DNA of 64,000 nt from Phoronis australis (GCA_002633005.1 NMRA01000447.1:281182-345181); one strand, 5' to 3'. Numbered from the stretch's first letter, positions 51,201 to 60,911 are shown. Notes: generated by a model from the sequence alone, not told the origin. Numbers and translations are program-made.

Positions 51201-53174
51201 GAACGGCAACAGTTTTGGGGTATATTTTGAAGCTATGTGACCAGTAATTGATCACGGTTTACTAATGTACACAAAGCAACGCAATCCATTGTCAAATGTA
51301 AAAGAATTTAATGGCATAGGGTGTATTTCGTTGTACAACATTTTGTTTTAAATATTTTCAACTATATTTTTTGATTTTTTAATTTCTGATTATTGCAAAC
51401 ACGAACCACTTTTTATAAAATATTGCTTTTGCAGATAATTCACCGCGACCTTGCTGCAAGAAATGTCCTGGTTAGCGAAAACTTGACAGCCAAGATATCT
51501 GATTTCGGACTCAGCAGAAATGAAGACATCTACGTGAAGCAATCGCAGACGAGAGTCGCAATACGCTGGATGTCGCCAGAGTCACTCTTTGACCATTCAT
51601 GTACCACTAAAAGTGACGTGTACGCCAATTTTAATGTCTTGTTTCTGGAGAAATTATTGAAATTACTACAAATTTTTTTGAAAACTATTTTTTTTTAGCC
51701 TTTGGTGCTTTGCAAGAATATCACTGTGATTTAAAAGCAAATGAGAGAAACTCGGTGTGTTTTCATCTTACCAATATCAATATTTCAGTTGGTCCTTTGG
51801 AATTCTGTTGTGGGAAATCGTGACATTAGGTGAGTTTTCTGAATAAAAGATATTTGCGACTAGAAAAGACTTGCATCATAGTCATGTCATGGTGTCAATG
51901 CCACAGTAGCCTACAATTTGTTTCTGATATTTTTACTTAATCTGACTCAATTCTACTACCCGTACATGTAAATATTAACATAATTTGGACCACATAACGG
52001 GAATTTCAGTAGACAACACCGTAGGCGTGTAATCGGAAAACGAAATTTTTGAGGCATTTCATAGACTTCAAAAAACGCCGAGACATTTATTCGAAAAAAG
52101 GGACGTGTAAACGGAAAGGTATAGTTTTGCTTGACTTGAAACTCTTGTACTTAAAACTACGTTTTTAAATTTGTGTAAATAATTGCAAAGTTTGCCTGCG
52201 CCTTGTTCGTTTTTATAAGGATAAGTGCTTTACAAAACTGAATATATTACAAAACGTTGACGATGAGTGGGATTTCAAAAAGGAAAACTTCCAAGTAAAC
52301 GTCCCCCTGTCTGGACACTTTACACCACAAGCTGTAACTTCAAATATACGTCCATGGGCGTTTCGACGGCTGAGCTTATCTATGGAAAACTCCGGTAGCT
52401 GATATACTGGACACAAAGTTGCTTTCACTGTGTTTGGCTAGGTTGTGACTTGCTTCTTCAAGACGACTTTTTAACCCAGTCCCCTGCAGTTACACATAGC
52501 CCCGTGTAATTTATTATATACGTGTATCCTATACCACGTCTATTTCTTTCAAGGACCCCTCATTTAGTGACGTACAATTGGCTCAATCAAATTCTCCAGT
52601 TTCGTGTGTGTTTCAGGAGGAACGCCCTACAGCGGGATACCCAGCAGTGACCTCCTGGTTATGCTTAAGTCTGGCTACAGGATGCCTCAGCCCTGTAACT
52701 GCAGTGATGACGTGTAAGTACAGGTCCTGTGGTGCAGGAACTCAGGTCATGACAGGCGAGTGCGTGTGTGCAGTAAGGAATACAACTAGAAGCCACGTTT
52801 CCAATCCTCTAGTATCAGTCTGATATCAGACCGCAAGGTGGTAGTTACATGTTTCTGTCGTTTCACGCGATCCCTTCGACACCACATCCGGGGAATAAGA
52901 TTCATTATTGTCTGAGTTCTAATTAAAAATTTTAACTCAAAACCCAACAAAAACAAATCCATTTGACGTTTCTTACGTGAATTTATACTTTGCTCTCCTT
53001 AGATACGAGTTGATGACATCATGCTGTAGCGAAGCTCCTCGCCAGCGACCAACGTCCCATGTTCTTGTGGTCATGTTAGAAGACATGTTAGTCCAGAGGA
53101 AGACATTTATTTCCGTGAAGTGTGGAAACGATTTCTTGTACGAGATCATCGACACCGAGGAAGATGACCAATAG
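3249..53174 (+). CDS. Tie-like: Multi-exon Tie/TEK-like receptor tyrosine kinase (Ig-like, F-type lectin with inserted kringle, Ig, EGFx4, FN3x4, TM, Tyr kinase), ~1454 aa; 5' end uncertain
   Basis: 27 GT-AG exons join in frame (total 4365 nt including stop). EGF1 ([16 protein letters not shown]), EGF2 (DPYGCSC), kinase ([23 protein letters not shown]) and the C-terminal tail closely resemble vertebrate Tie1/Tie2. Confidence 0.9.
4377..4525 (+). CDS. Possible leader exon (...[30 protein letters not shown])
   Basis: caacag acceptor, G|gtaagt donor; phase 1 matches the exon at 9138. Only a weak signal-peptide-like stretch. Confidence 0.45.
9138..9401 (+). CDS. Exon: putative divergent N-terminal Ig-like domain
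   Basis: atttcag acceptor, G|gtacat donor, phase 1-1, open 88-codon frame ESLYRLST...SRIVNINY; position corresponds to Tie Ig1. Confidence 0.6.
10770..11012 (+). CDS. Exon: F-type lectin (FTP) domain, N-terminal half
   Basis: NIAL..ADQSST...AAKAIDG...CSHT...NPWLRVAL...VRGIEVTSR; tttag acceptor, C|gtgagt donor. Confidence 0.9.
11715..11927 (+). CDS. Exon: kringle domain
   Basis: DC...GKDYMG...GHTCRKW...ENYCRNPD...GPWCF...WGYCDVSLC with six Cys; 213 nt, phase 1-1. Confidence 0.92.
12687..12932 (+). CDS. Exon: F-type lectin (FTP) domain, C-terminal half
   Basis: [10 protein letters not shown]...LC...[14 protein letters not shown]...[10 protein letters not shown]; phase 1-1. Confidence 0.9.
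13126..13371 (+). CDS. Exon: Tie Ig2-like domain
   Basis: [12 protein letters not shown]...IRWQKDG...HGGVYS...TRLVVR, continuing into EGF1 as in Tie receptors; phase 1-1. Confidence 0.85.
14046..15048. mobile_element. Two opposed MITE terminal fragments (37428 family) enclosing a THAP relic
   Basis: 14046-14178 and 14880-15048 are mutually inverted and homologous to 37510-37677; no shared TSD found. Confidence 0.55.
14558..14878 (+). pseudogene. THAP zinc-finger relic from a DNA transposon
   Basis: Frameshifted C..VPGC...ISFFP...RKWLVVVKN...[11 protein letters not shown]...FPT. Confidence 0.75.
17050..17570 (+). pseudogene. hAT transposase fragment with an intron
   Basis: [13 protein letters not shown]...[14 protein letters not shown], intron 17258-17500, then [22 protein letters not shown], a typical ZMYM1/PRKRIR-like hAT motif. 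Confidence 0.7.
21638..21769 (+). CDS. Exon: EGF-like 1
   Basis: [42 protein letters not shown]; ttgcag acceptor, gtgaga donor. Confidence 0.95.
   Translation, partial: YAQGINTALIALRIVHNVRMEAFVMTSLGSASVHLDSWDTFVL
23171..23320 (+). CDS. Exon: EGF-like 2
   Basis: [14 protein letters not shown]...[28 protein letters not shown], carrying the Tie-type DPYGCSC. Confidence 0.95.
24420..25259. mobile_element. Kolobok-derived non-autonomous element built from two inverted left ends
   Basis: 24420-24715 (+) and 25000-25259 (-) both match 62110-62360 including the THAP start. The core 24720-24985 (-) matches 62810-63080. Right end is CCT|TTAA. Confidence 0.8.
26498..26638 (+). CDS. Exon: EGF-like 3
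   Basis: [47 protein letters not shown]; phase 1-1. Confidence 0.92.
27868..27932 (-). mobile_element. Possible tRNA-derived SINE head
   Basis: A box TAACTGAGTGG and B box GTTCAAATC on the minus strand at tRNA-like spacing; no intact cloverleaf. Confidence 0.35.
28610..28750 (+). CDS. Exon: EGF-like 4
   Basis: [47 protein letters not shown]; phase 1-1. Confidence 0.92.
29005..29248 (+). repeat. ~250-bp direct repeat, copy 1 (copy 2 at 34355-34605)
   Basis: Both copies share ctctgacatggaaagttcaaaag.taggtcaat.tcgactcga...agccggttcgatca and tcgtctgc.actcag. Confidence 0.8.
29610..32320 (-). mobile_element. Degenerate Penelope-like retroelement (RT + GIY-YIG endonuclease)
   Basis: [21 protein letters not shown]-terminal motif; RT motifs GVPMG and YCRHGDDTF; GIY-YIG end [15 protein letters not shown]...[19 protein letters not shown]; many stops and frameshifts. 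Confidence 0.88.
30435..30795 (-). mobile_element. RNase H fragment of a non-LTR retrotransposon inside the Penelope element
   Basis: [16 protein letters not shown], the C-terminal RNase HI motif of I/R1-type LINEs; GC-richer than the flanks. Confidence 0.7.
32480..34215 (+). mobile_element. Non-autonomous Helentron (DINE-1/HINE-like) with internal tandem repeat array
   Basis: 5' atgcgcccaca...tgtggacgcat inverted pair, (GTCC)n-like microsatellite, ~3.3 copies of a ~440-460 bp unit, 3' subTIR tgtggacgcat (34180) and hairpin caacgc-tcc-gcgttg; T-rich insertion site. Confidence 0.85.
34355..34605 (+). repeat. ~250-bp direct repeat, copy 2
   Basis: Homologous to 29005-29248. Confidence 0.8.
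36466..36774 (+). CDS. Exon: fibronectin type III repeat 1
   Basis: TTVSVRW...[10 protein letters not shown]...FYLVRI...GNASPEV; tatag acceptor, gtacaa donor. Confidence 0.88.
36971..37035 (+). CDS. Exon: FN3 repeat 2, first part
   Basis: [22 protein letters not shown]; tttcag acceptor, gtaagg donor; phase 1-0. Confidence 0.8.
37428..37677 (+). mobile_element. MITE with 5-bp TSD
   Basis: TIR CATGCGTGCATCCAG / CTGGGTGCGCGCATG; perfect TSD TTCTG. Confidence 0.85.
37866..38076 (+). CDS. Exon: FN3 repeat 2, second part
   Basis: EADWRCG...WYVVEY...[12 protein letters not shown]; phase 0-1. Confidence 0.85.
38300..39340 (-). pseudogene. Probable BEL/Pao gag relic
   Basis: Degenerate [12 protein letters not shown]...DFYEGF...[11 protein letters not shown]...TEGYL resembles the DUF1759 gag pattern. 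Confidence 0.4.
39686..39832 (+). mobile_element. MITE with 5-bp TSD
   Basis: CATGGGCGGCGCA...TGCGCTGCCCATA; TSD TAACA. Confidence 0.85.
40315..41024 (+). mobile_element. 5'-truncated L2/Crack-like LINE 3' end
   Basis: LLQDIFK...[12 protein letters not shown]...RFQIPRLIN...[10 protein letters not shown], then AATAAA and a (CT)n tail. Confidence 0.7.
41805..42107 (+). CDS. Exon: FN3 repeat 3
   Basis: SAPPQD...[21 protein letters not shown]...[13 protein letters not shown]...GPW. Confidence 0.92.
43979..44196 (+). CDS. Exon: FN3 repeat 4, first part
   Basis: VPTAPKSV...SVTLSWSAP...[10 protein letters not shown]...[10 protein letters not shown]|gtaagc. Confidence 0.9.
44232..44387 (+). mobile_element. 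MITE with near-perfect 5-bp TSD
   Basis: CAGAGGCGGATC...AATCCACCACTG; TSD aaaga/aaagg. Confidence 0.7.
44963..45104 (-). mobile_element. MITE with 5-bp TSD (family of 39686)
   Basis: CATGGTGGCGCA...TACGCCGCCCATG; TSD TTAGA; reverse complement of the 39686 copy. Confidence 0.85.
45379..45442 (+). CDS. Exon: FN3 repeat 4, end
   Basis: [21 protein letters not shown]; ttctag acceptor, gtgaga donor. Confidence 0.85.
45595..45621 (+). CDS. Possible 27-nt stalk micro-exon (APMPPKSLG)
   Basis: Pyrimidine-rich tcttcag acceptor, T|gtacgg donor, phase 1-1; not required to keep frame and not counted in the 27 exons. Confidence 0.3.
47008..47092 (+). CDS. Exon: transmembrane helix
   Basis: [24 protein letters not shown]; ccaacag acceptor, gtgagt donor. 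Confidence 0.93.
47598..47665 (+). CDS. Exon: juxtamembrane 1 (alternative donor at 47671)
   Basis: Basic stop-transfer RKRRW...EP; phase 2-1 links the TM exon to the next exon. Confidence 0.7.
48820..48890 (+). CDS. Exon: juxtamembrane 2
   Basis: [24 protein letters not shown]; acaacag acceptor, gtaaga donor; phase 1-0. Confidence 0.7.
49312..49525 (+). CDS. Exon: juxtamembrane Tyr motifs and kinase subdomains I-II
   Basis: NTYETV...NVYEKI...VGKGSFGDV...VALK. Confidence 0.93.
49866..49976 (+). CDS. Exon: kinase subdomains III-IV
   Basis: [31 protein letters not shown]. Confidence 0.93.
50738..50916 (+). CDS. Exon: kinase subdomains V-VIa
   Basis: [16 protein letters not shown]...[16 protein letters not shown]. 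Confidence 0.95.
51435..51619 (+). CDS. Exon: catalytic and activation loops
   Basis: [13 protein letters not shown]...[13 protein letters not shown]...IRWMSPES...TKSDV. Confidence 0.96.
51789..51829 (+). CDS. Exon: kinase subdomain IX
   Basis: [13 protein letters not shown]; phase 2-1. Confidence 0.95.
52617..52713 (+). CDS. Exon: kinase subdomain X
   Basis: [33 protein letters not shown]. Confidence 0.95.
53003..53174 (+). CDS. Terminal exon: kinase subdomain XI and tail
   Basis: YELMTSCC...RPT...RKTFIS...[13 protein letters not shown]. Confidence 0.92.
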
Positions 53175-53449
53175 TTTAAACACAGGGAGCAAGATCTTTG
53201 AAAGATTATTCTAGATGAGAATTTGTTAACAGTAGACACGTTGTTCTATGTAATTTTTCCGATGCGGTTATATTTTGCATTGGCTCATTGTAACTGTCCA
53301 GTGTTATCTCTTGGCAGTGACAATTCTTTTACTCCCAATACCGTTTTTTTGGCTTTTAAATAAGCTGTTCTTTTAGTAGTTTTATTATTACATATACTTA
53401 TTATGTAAACAGTTGCTCTTGTATCATATTCCAAGTTAAACGACCAAGT

Positions 53450-53450
<1 letters not shown>

Positions 53451-53490
<40 letters not shown>
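53451..53490. repeat. (TA)n microsatellite in the probable 3' UTR
   Basis: Direct dinucleotide run. Confidence 0.95.
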
Positions 53491-53492
<2 letters not shown>

Positions 53493-53556
53493 TCATTCTA
53501 GAACGCATCTTACTTTGGGAATGTGATAGTACGTATTACCTAATGTGTGTACATTC

Positions 53557-53626
53557 CATGGGCAGCGCAGCACTGATATGAGTTGGGGGCTACAGACCCC
53601 CAGCCCCCTATGGTGTGCCGCTCATG
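53557..53626 (-). mobile_element. 70-bp minimal MITE (family of 39686)
   Basis: CATGGGCAGCGCA...TGTGCCGCTCATG; TSD cattc/tattc. Confidence 0.75.
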
Positions 53627-55337
53627 TATTCACCCTTTGTACAGGGACGATCACCCTGAAAATGTTTGTAAACGGATAGGTGTTTGACAGTGCCTGATTT
53701 ACTGAGGTGGTGGTCGCTAAGGTTTTCGTGCTCCCAGCCTAAGTAATGGGGAGCCGAATTTTTGAGAATATGGACCTTTTGCTAATTTTCACGGGTTACG
53801 TTTAGAGCTTTGAATTTTGCATTCGCCGATTCTTGCTTGAAGCCTTTTTAGTGGACATTTGCCTAGTCTACTATTTTTTCGGATTTTTTTTGGCTTTTTG
53901 TCAACCTCGCAAAATGGGGGTTTGTTCGACCCCCTGCCTGCCACGCCAACTGAATGCGTTCCCTGGTGCTGTCTTGAATACAGTCGAAATTGCTTTCAAG
54001 AAAGTTGCAGCGCTGTTCATGATTCTAAAGTTGAAAGCCTATCAAGCTGTTTGTTTCATTATTTTTCATTTAAATTGCTTATATCTCAATTAGTATTCAT
54101 ACAAATGTTGTGATATAGCTGATTCTATTCTACTTCGAATATTTTGCTGGTTTGACAACCATATTGCTTCAACTACATGTGTAGCGCAATAGGGATAAAT
54201 AAATATTGAACAAAAACACCATGCACCATTATTTTCGGATTAGTACAACATCAGATTTAGTGTTTGGGTTAAATTATATTTTAGGATTTGTAATTAATGT
54301 AATTTTCCAACTAAGAAGGATTTAAGTGTTGGAACCAAATAGGCCTATGTAGCATCCACTTTGGATATTATCCTTGAGTGCGGTTCAGCGTTACCATTAC
54401 CGGTATTCAGGTGACAATCACATGCAAATTATTTGCATAAGCAATATGTCAGACATGGACAGTAGCAGACGTTTACTATGCTATAGGAAGCAATTCCTCT
54501 CTGACATCCATGAAATATGTGGTACTATAGCATAATATGTGGACAATTGTGTAGTTATTTGTGTCTAAAAATATCATTTTATCAACACAGCTGATTTCCT
54601 TTGTTAAATATCACGTTGATTAGTCTAAATTTTGACGCGCAATCTTGCAAGACTTGATACTTTAAGCATGTCTCCATTCAAATTATAATGGATTTTTCTA
54701 AAACGCTCTCGATACCTTCGACCTCTACACTCTACGACCCACATCCCCCACAACCCAGAACCTCTCACCGACGACGTGTGTCATCATAGATTTATTTGCG
54801 CGTTTTACACATTCATAAGCAAATTCGGTCACTGAATGACTCCCCTTTAAGACAAACCTACTCAAGAATCTGCCCTGCCTCAAGCCTAGTGGTTAAGAGA
54901 AAGTTGCGTAAGAACATGGACTGAAGTAGCGGATTGTGAGCTTGCTATCCTTGTCAGGGAAATAAATCAACGAGCGGCAACTAATGCTCCTGTTTTACTG
55001 AACTCATGGAGAGAGCAGGTTACCGTGAATGTACAAAATATCACATTTCATTATTTGCTTTCTGCTCTATACTCGCTTGTTGAAAACAGGTACTCCATGT
55101 AACGCTGAGACACAGCACTTTTTTGTTAACAATTTGTTTTTTTCAAACTATTTTGACTGAAGAAATTACGTATTCGTAAGTTCCTTGCTCTTTCCCCAAA
55201 ACCATGAATCTGCCATTCACAGACGAACAGAAGAAACCATTACAATTTTCAGGAAACTACAGTTGTAACCTTAGTAGATCTTTGATTTCATTTGGTCGTG
55301 CTGCTTTTCTTCCTTTTTACTTGCCGAGTGGAATATC

Positions 55338-55870
55338 TTAAATGAGTGCGCATTTCTGAAACGAAGTTGAGAGGCAACTACTAATTGTTCTGTAATTGTT
55401 TACATTGTCAGCAGCACAGCCTTTGCATAAAAGGTCTTCTATCCACAAAGGAGGAAACTTGGAAGTCTTTACGCTCAGGTTCAATAAATAGGTGAGAGAT
55501 GGTGTCAGCTTGTCACTAGGCAGTTTCAATAATTTGGAACTGACACCATCCACATCAATGACTTTATTCAAATCATGGCCATTTTAAAACTTATCAACAA
55601 GCTTCATAGTGGAAAGAACAATGTCATATACTATGTCGTTGCCTACCCTGCATCAAAGAAAGTCAAGTAGATCGTTATGAGTGGGGTTTGTATCTTCACG
55701 ATCACGGGTAAGTTTGCTTGTTTTGTAAGTAAAAACTTGCTAGCGATCTAGATTTGCCATACCTCCAATTCTCACCAATCCTCATCATTGCAGGTGATGA
55801 GGATTTTTCTCGAGAAACAACTTGTCTGATGATTTTCCACAACATTTTGGTATTCGTCAGGTTGCTACTT
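55338..55870 (-). pseudogene. CR1/L2-type LINE ORF2 fragment
   Basis: DGVSSKLLK...LTYLLNLSVKTSKFPPLW...KG...VNNYRTIS pre-RT motif. Confidence 0.75.
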
Positions 55871-56172
55871 ATCATTGAACAATAGCGGTCACTACTTGTC
55901 TTTGTAATTATTTATTTATTACCATTTCACTACAGTTTGTAGCCCTCGTAACTGCCGCGTTGCCGTAGACTGACATTGTACACAATTGACAACTGTATCC
56001 GATTGCTACAATTGAATGTTTACAGGCACCCGGCCATATCAAGTGTTAGGGATTTCGTTTGAACAAACATAAATCAAACAATGCACCAAAAAACTACATG
56101 TTCTACTGGACGTTTCCAAGTTGTAAAAATACATGCAGTTGGTGCCAAGTGAATCGGTGAGGTCATTGTTAA

Positions 56173-59100
56173 GAATGATTCCATATAAAAACCATATGAA
56201 AATGAAAAATCCCTATATACTCAAAAATTCATACAGAACTAATACTTTGTGCATGTGTTGGGATGCTGGCCCAAAGTGCACTGCTGCAATATTTGCACTC
56301 AATGACCTTTGGTTACCGAGATATGACCTATTTGGCTATAAAGTCATATTTTGCATTTTTTCATGTCAGTAAAACTGCAGTTTTTGAACGGCAAAAAATC
56401 AGATTTGGAAAACTGGTGACAAAGTTTGACATTGATGGTCATAAAGACTCATGTAATGTTAGTAAGAAATTGAAATTTGCAACTCATAGGTACAATTAAA
56501 CTTCCAGCAATGGAGAAAACTCCGAGACCACTTTTCAGGCCAGTCACAAGTGGCAAGATGTTGCTTAACCTGCCTGCTATATCGGAATACATTTGAAGTT
56601 GAAATTCTCTTTGTAGACACTTCTAAGATTGAACTTTAATAATTGCTTTTAAAAAAACTTGTCTCTTACATATTTAGTATTAAACGTGGCCCGCGAATTT
56701 GGGCATTTTTGTGATGTGGCCTTACTCTGACTGACAAGAGAGTTGAGGCTACTCTTTTAGTTTAGAGATATCACCTAAAATATATGATCTAATATCAACA
56801 ATGGAATATCACAAAAATTTAAATTTCACTTTTGAGACCCCAATTTTCTAAAACACTCCATTCTTCGTTTAACTTTACCAATAGCACTTTAGGGTTCGAG
56901 ATTACATGCACTTCCTGTCACTGCAAAGAATATGGAGGAATTTCCTTCTTGTACATTTGGTCAATTTTCGTTACATACGTGTGATCGCGGAGGAAATGTG
57001 GCCTTCATTAGGTGTGTTAAAGACGTCAGAAGTCATCTGAGGTCGTGCAAAGTGCCACAGAAGTTTGAAACTATATCGGAATTACAGCTGATTCTTGCCA
57101 GAGCTGGAGATAGGAGGTTGGACTGGCAAACCAATGGAAATGCGCCGTTATATATTTTACACATCGACATGAGTTTGGACTTGGTTTTAGACAAAAACTG
57201 ACGTGCTGTTATCACGAACACACAGAATATTGTCAGAGGGATAAACCAGGAACAAGCAAAACAGGATCTGATGTCATCTCTCACCCCACACCAAGTTTTG
57301 GTTGTAATGGATTTTGCAATGAAGTTCATACCCATCAGTTTCCGTGAAGCACAGTCCGACTGGTTTGGTAAAAAGGATGTCATGGCACGTGGCGGCTTGT
57401 ATCACAAAGAAAGGTGAAAGCCATCAGGTAAAAATAAATCCTCAATTAGTATTCAAGGTGTTACAAAGTAATTCTCAGATGTGCTCAATATTAAACAGAA
57501 AGCCAGTGATGAACAATGTTGTTGCCTTTACCTCTTTTTAGTATATTGATTTACTGTAACACTCACAAGATACAGGGAGTGTGCACTTAATATCTAGTCT
57601 TTTTCTTGCCATTTCCCAACAAAAGCTTGACAGTGATGCATTATTTTTCTCTTAGTAGATTTTGCACACAAGCCTTCATTTTAACTGAAGCCATTTTGTA
57701 CTTATGGATGATTTTCATATCTTTGTGAAGGGGAAATTTCCCCCCTCCCTAGAAATGTTTTGAAGGAGCTACTGATATAATAACCGTGTTGAGACGAACC
57801 ATGTTTGAAGTTGAGTGGCGTGATTGCGGTTTAGGTGGTAATAAGATATAATAAGGTAGTTCTTTAAACTAGCTGACCTATTTGACTTACATAATTATTG
57901 TATTTCAGGTACATACTTACATCCATACTCTAGATGCCTGCAAGCAAGACTTTTTCACTGTTTGCTGTTTAACGCTAGATGTGCTAAGGCAGGTGAAAGC
58001 TAGGGATCCACAAATAACGGAAGCTTTCCTACACTCCGACAATGCCAATTGTTACCATTCAGCCGCCCTTCTGATTCATTTGTTCTACATATCTGGTAAC
58101 ACCGGCATCTCCATTCTGCGTTACGACTTCAGTGAAAGTCAGAAGGGAAAAGACATCTGTGACAGGAAAATCGCACCCTTGAAGGCCCATGCCAAATACT
58201 TCGTCAATGAAGGCAACAACGTTCAAAATGCAGTCGACCTGAAACATGCGCTAGAGTCTAGAGGAGATGTCAAAGGCTGTTAGGTGTCGTCCTGTAGTGT
58301 GAATGCCCCAAAGGTCCTCCCCAAGCACAGTATCCCAGGGATAAGTTTGCTGACAAACTTTGAGTATTCCGCAGATGGCATTCGAGCATGGAAGGCCCAT
58401 AGAGTAGGGGAGGGAAAACTTGTCATCAACAAGTCATGTAAACTGTTGCCTCTGAAAAGTCTTGACCTTGCAACACTCGAGTGTTTTACAACTCCAAGGG
58501 TTGAGTCGGGGCTGGTATCCCGTGAACGTCATTCGAAGTTCACATGCACACACTATGGGTGCTCGAAATCTTTTCCTACAGATGCTGAGCTAAGTGAGCA
58601 CTTGGATGTTGGTGCTCATTCATCATCCCTCCAGAACGAGACTCAGTTCGACCACATTTCAAGACAATCCGAGATTTCATCCACTACCACAGCTGTATCA
58701 TCACCTGAGTTGTCCCCCGTTTACGTTATTGATCAAGTCGCCGCAGGATAGGGCCCTGAAAAGTACTAGAAAAGCGGTCCGCTTCTCTGAGAAGGTAAAG
58801 ATTTAACCCAGTGATATATTTTCTGAAGGTGAACAGTCAGGCAGAAAACAACAGCCAGCTGAGGCTGTGAAAAGATGATGCGAGAAGCCAGGAATAAGCA
58901 AAGAAAAGTTTTTTCCTCTGAAGAGTGGCTGTCGGAGTAGCAGATTGCTGGATTTTTTCCCGTATGGTTGTCGCGTTTCGAATCGGAAATATTCAGAATA
59001 TTGAAGATGCTGATGCTGCTGCTGCCCACGAGTTTGCCTCAATGAATGAGTTGGAGCTTGAAGTCATGAATGAGTTATCATCATAAACCGAGGAAATTAT

Positions 59101-60911
59101 GAACATGTTTTAGTTGTTGTCTATTCTTACGATATTGTTGTGGTCATCATGATCGTAGCTAGGGCACTGGGGCCCACCCTGGGCGAAATTGGAAAAAAAT
59201 GGAATATGACGCGAGTTAGGGGCTTCCATGGGGGAGAGATTTGAGTGGTGGCCGTTTGGGGAAAATAATCCAAGCCACTGATGGTCAACATTGAAATCTT
59301 CTGTCACTTTTTACTAGCGTTTTTTGTTTTATGTTCAGTTTGAGACTGGTAAAGCATACTTTTTACATGATTGATTCTCTTGAAACTACTGAGATTTTTA
59401 AAGGAGTGATTATCTAGTTTTGAGAAACGTCTATCTTAGACATGTGTACTGAGCAAAATAAAAAGACTTTGTGTTTCAGTAGCTCTTGTTTTCTTCAAAC
59501 AAAATACAGTTTTTTGAAGTGTTGTGTAGAAATGCATCATACACTAAACCTAGCATACCTACAAGAAACTGTGCTTTTGAGTCCGCCGCATGAACGGAAT
59601 TTACATATTGTGAAACTTTTAGCTGGTAAGTCGCAACAACACCCAATTGCTTAAATACTGGTTTGGAAAGCCGGTTTCTTGGATATCACTGAAACTATTA
59701 TGTTTTCAATCGTAAATATCCGTACCTGTTATTTTTCTGAAATTGCAAATTCCACTGGCGCACTGCCACCATGCTCGGTCGCTTTTGTGTAGTACAAGAA
59801 GCATTGCGTGACACTTTGTATGTCCAATAACACGACACTTCTGCTCGTATCCACCGTCCTCTTTTCAAGTGTGATATCGAAGATATTGATTAGTTTTAGT
59901 ATGAACTTTGCTAATAGTTTTAGAAGACTTTTTCATGCGCATATACAGGGATTTGACCAGGAGGTCTGAAAATGGACCAGCATGCACTGCAGGCAGTGCG
60001 TGGGATTCTTAGTCAGTTACGGTGTTTGAAAACTGGCCAAGCAATGGGTAATGGGCACCCTTAATAAGAATAAAACCTGCTTCTCTGAAGTATGAGATAG
60101 TGATGGGGTTGTATTATTAACTCATAAGTACATTAAAATTGACTTTTTTGATTTCTGTAATCCTATAACAATTTTTTATTTTTGCACCAGCAAAACTGAA
60201 AATCCGCGAAGAAAAAATCTCTCGTACAGCTTCCCATGATCTCCTTCGTCACTAATGTACCAAAACGAATGATATTTGTTCTATTTGGCATTTTGGTCGA
60301 TAGATAATTGCACAATCGAGTAGCGCCTCCTAGAGTCTTTTAATCAAGCTGACAGTCACAGATTGACAGAAAAGTGTGTAAGTGAGTTATGTAAAAAACT
60401 GACTGCACAAAAACTATGAAAGAGACAAGATTTTTTAATCTTGCGTTGGGCTGAACAAAGACAGCAGTAACAGATGGAAGTAAACTCATGTTCCAAAAAA
60501 ATCCGATATAGATTTCGGAGAGTGATAAAGATGCGTAAAAATGGCCTTAATAATAAGCAGTGAAAATGACATTTTTGTAGGCTAAAATGGGAGGACATAA
60601 AAAATCAAAAAATACATCCGAACTAGTTTTTCTTGTACGTTATTCTTTGTTCTTTCTGCTATATAGTTATTTTTTTATGGCGTGAAGGGATGATGTGTTG
60701 TTGCTGACAAAAAGTCCCCTACTTCCAAGTACTATTATTTGCTATTTTTCGGAAAAAGTACAAAGTGGTCGTAAAAAGGGTTAAAAAAACTCGGAAACTC
60801 TTAAAAATTCAGACTCAGGTTTCTTTTGACAAGGCCAGCTGATATGCTAAGTTTCAAAAAAATTGATTTTGCATATTTAGCCCACCATCTGGTTTTTATA
60901 TGGAATTGCTC
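56173..60911 (+). mobile_element. Sola3-type DNA transposon, decayed
   Basis: TTAA on both sides. Termini gaatgattccatataaaaaccatatg and catctggtttttatatggaattgctc form an imperfect ~26-bp TIR ending in CTC. Transposase relic inside. Confidence 0.8.
56932..59088 (+). pseudogene. Sola3 DDD transposase pseudogene with a GT-AG intron (57428-57908) and a C2H2 finger
   Basis: LILARAG; MDFAMKFIP..FREAQSDWFGKK..SWH; HSDNANCYHS; RYDFSESQKGKDICDR; CTHYGCSKSF...HLDVGAH; in-frame stops and deletions. Confidence 0.82.
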
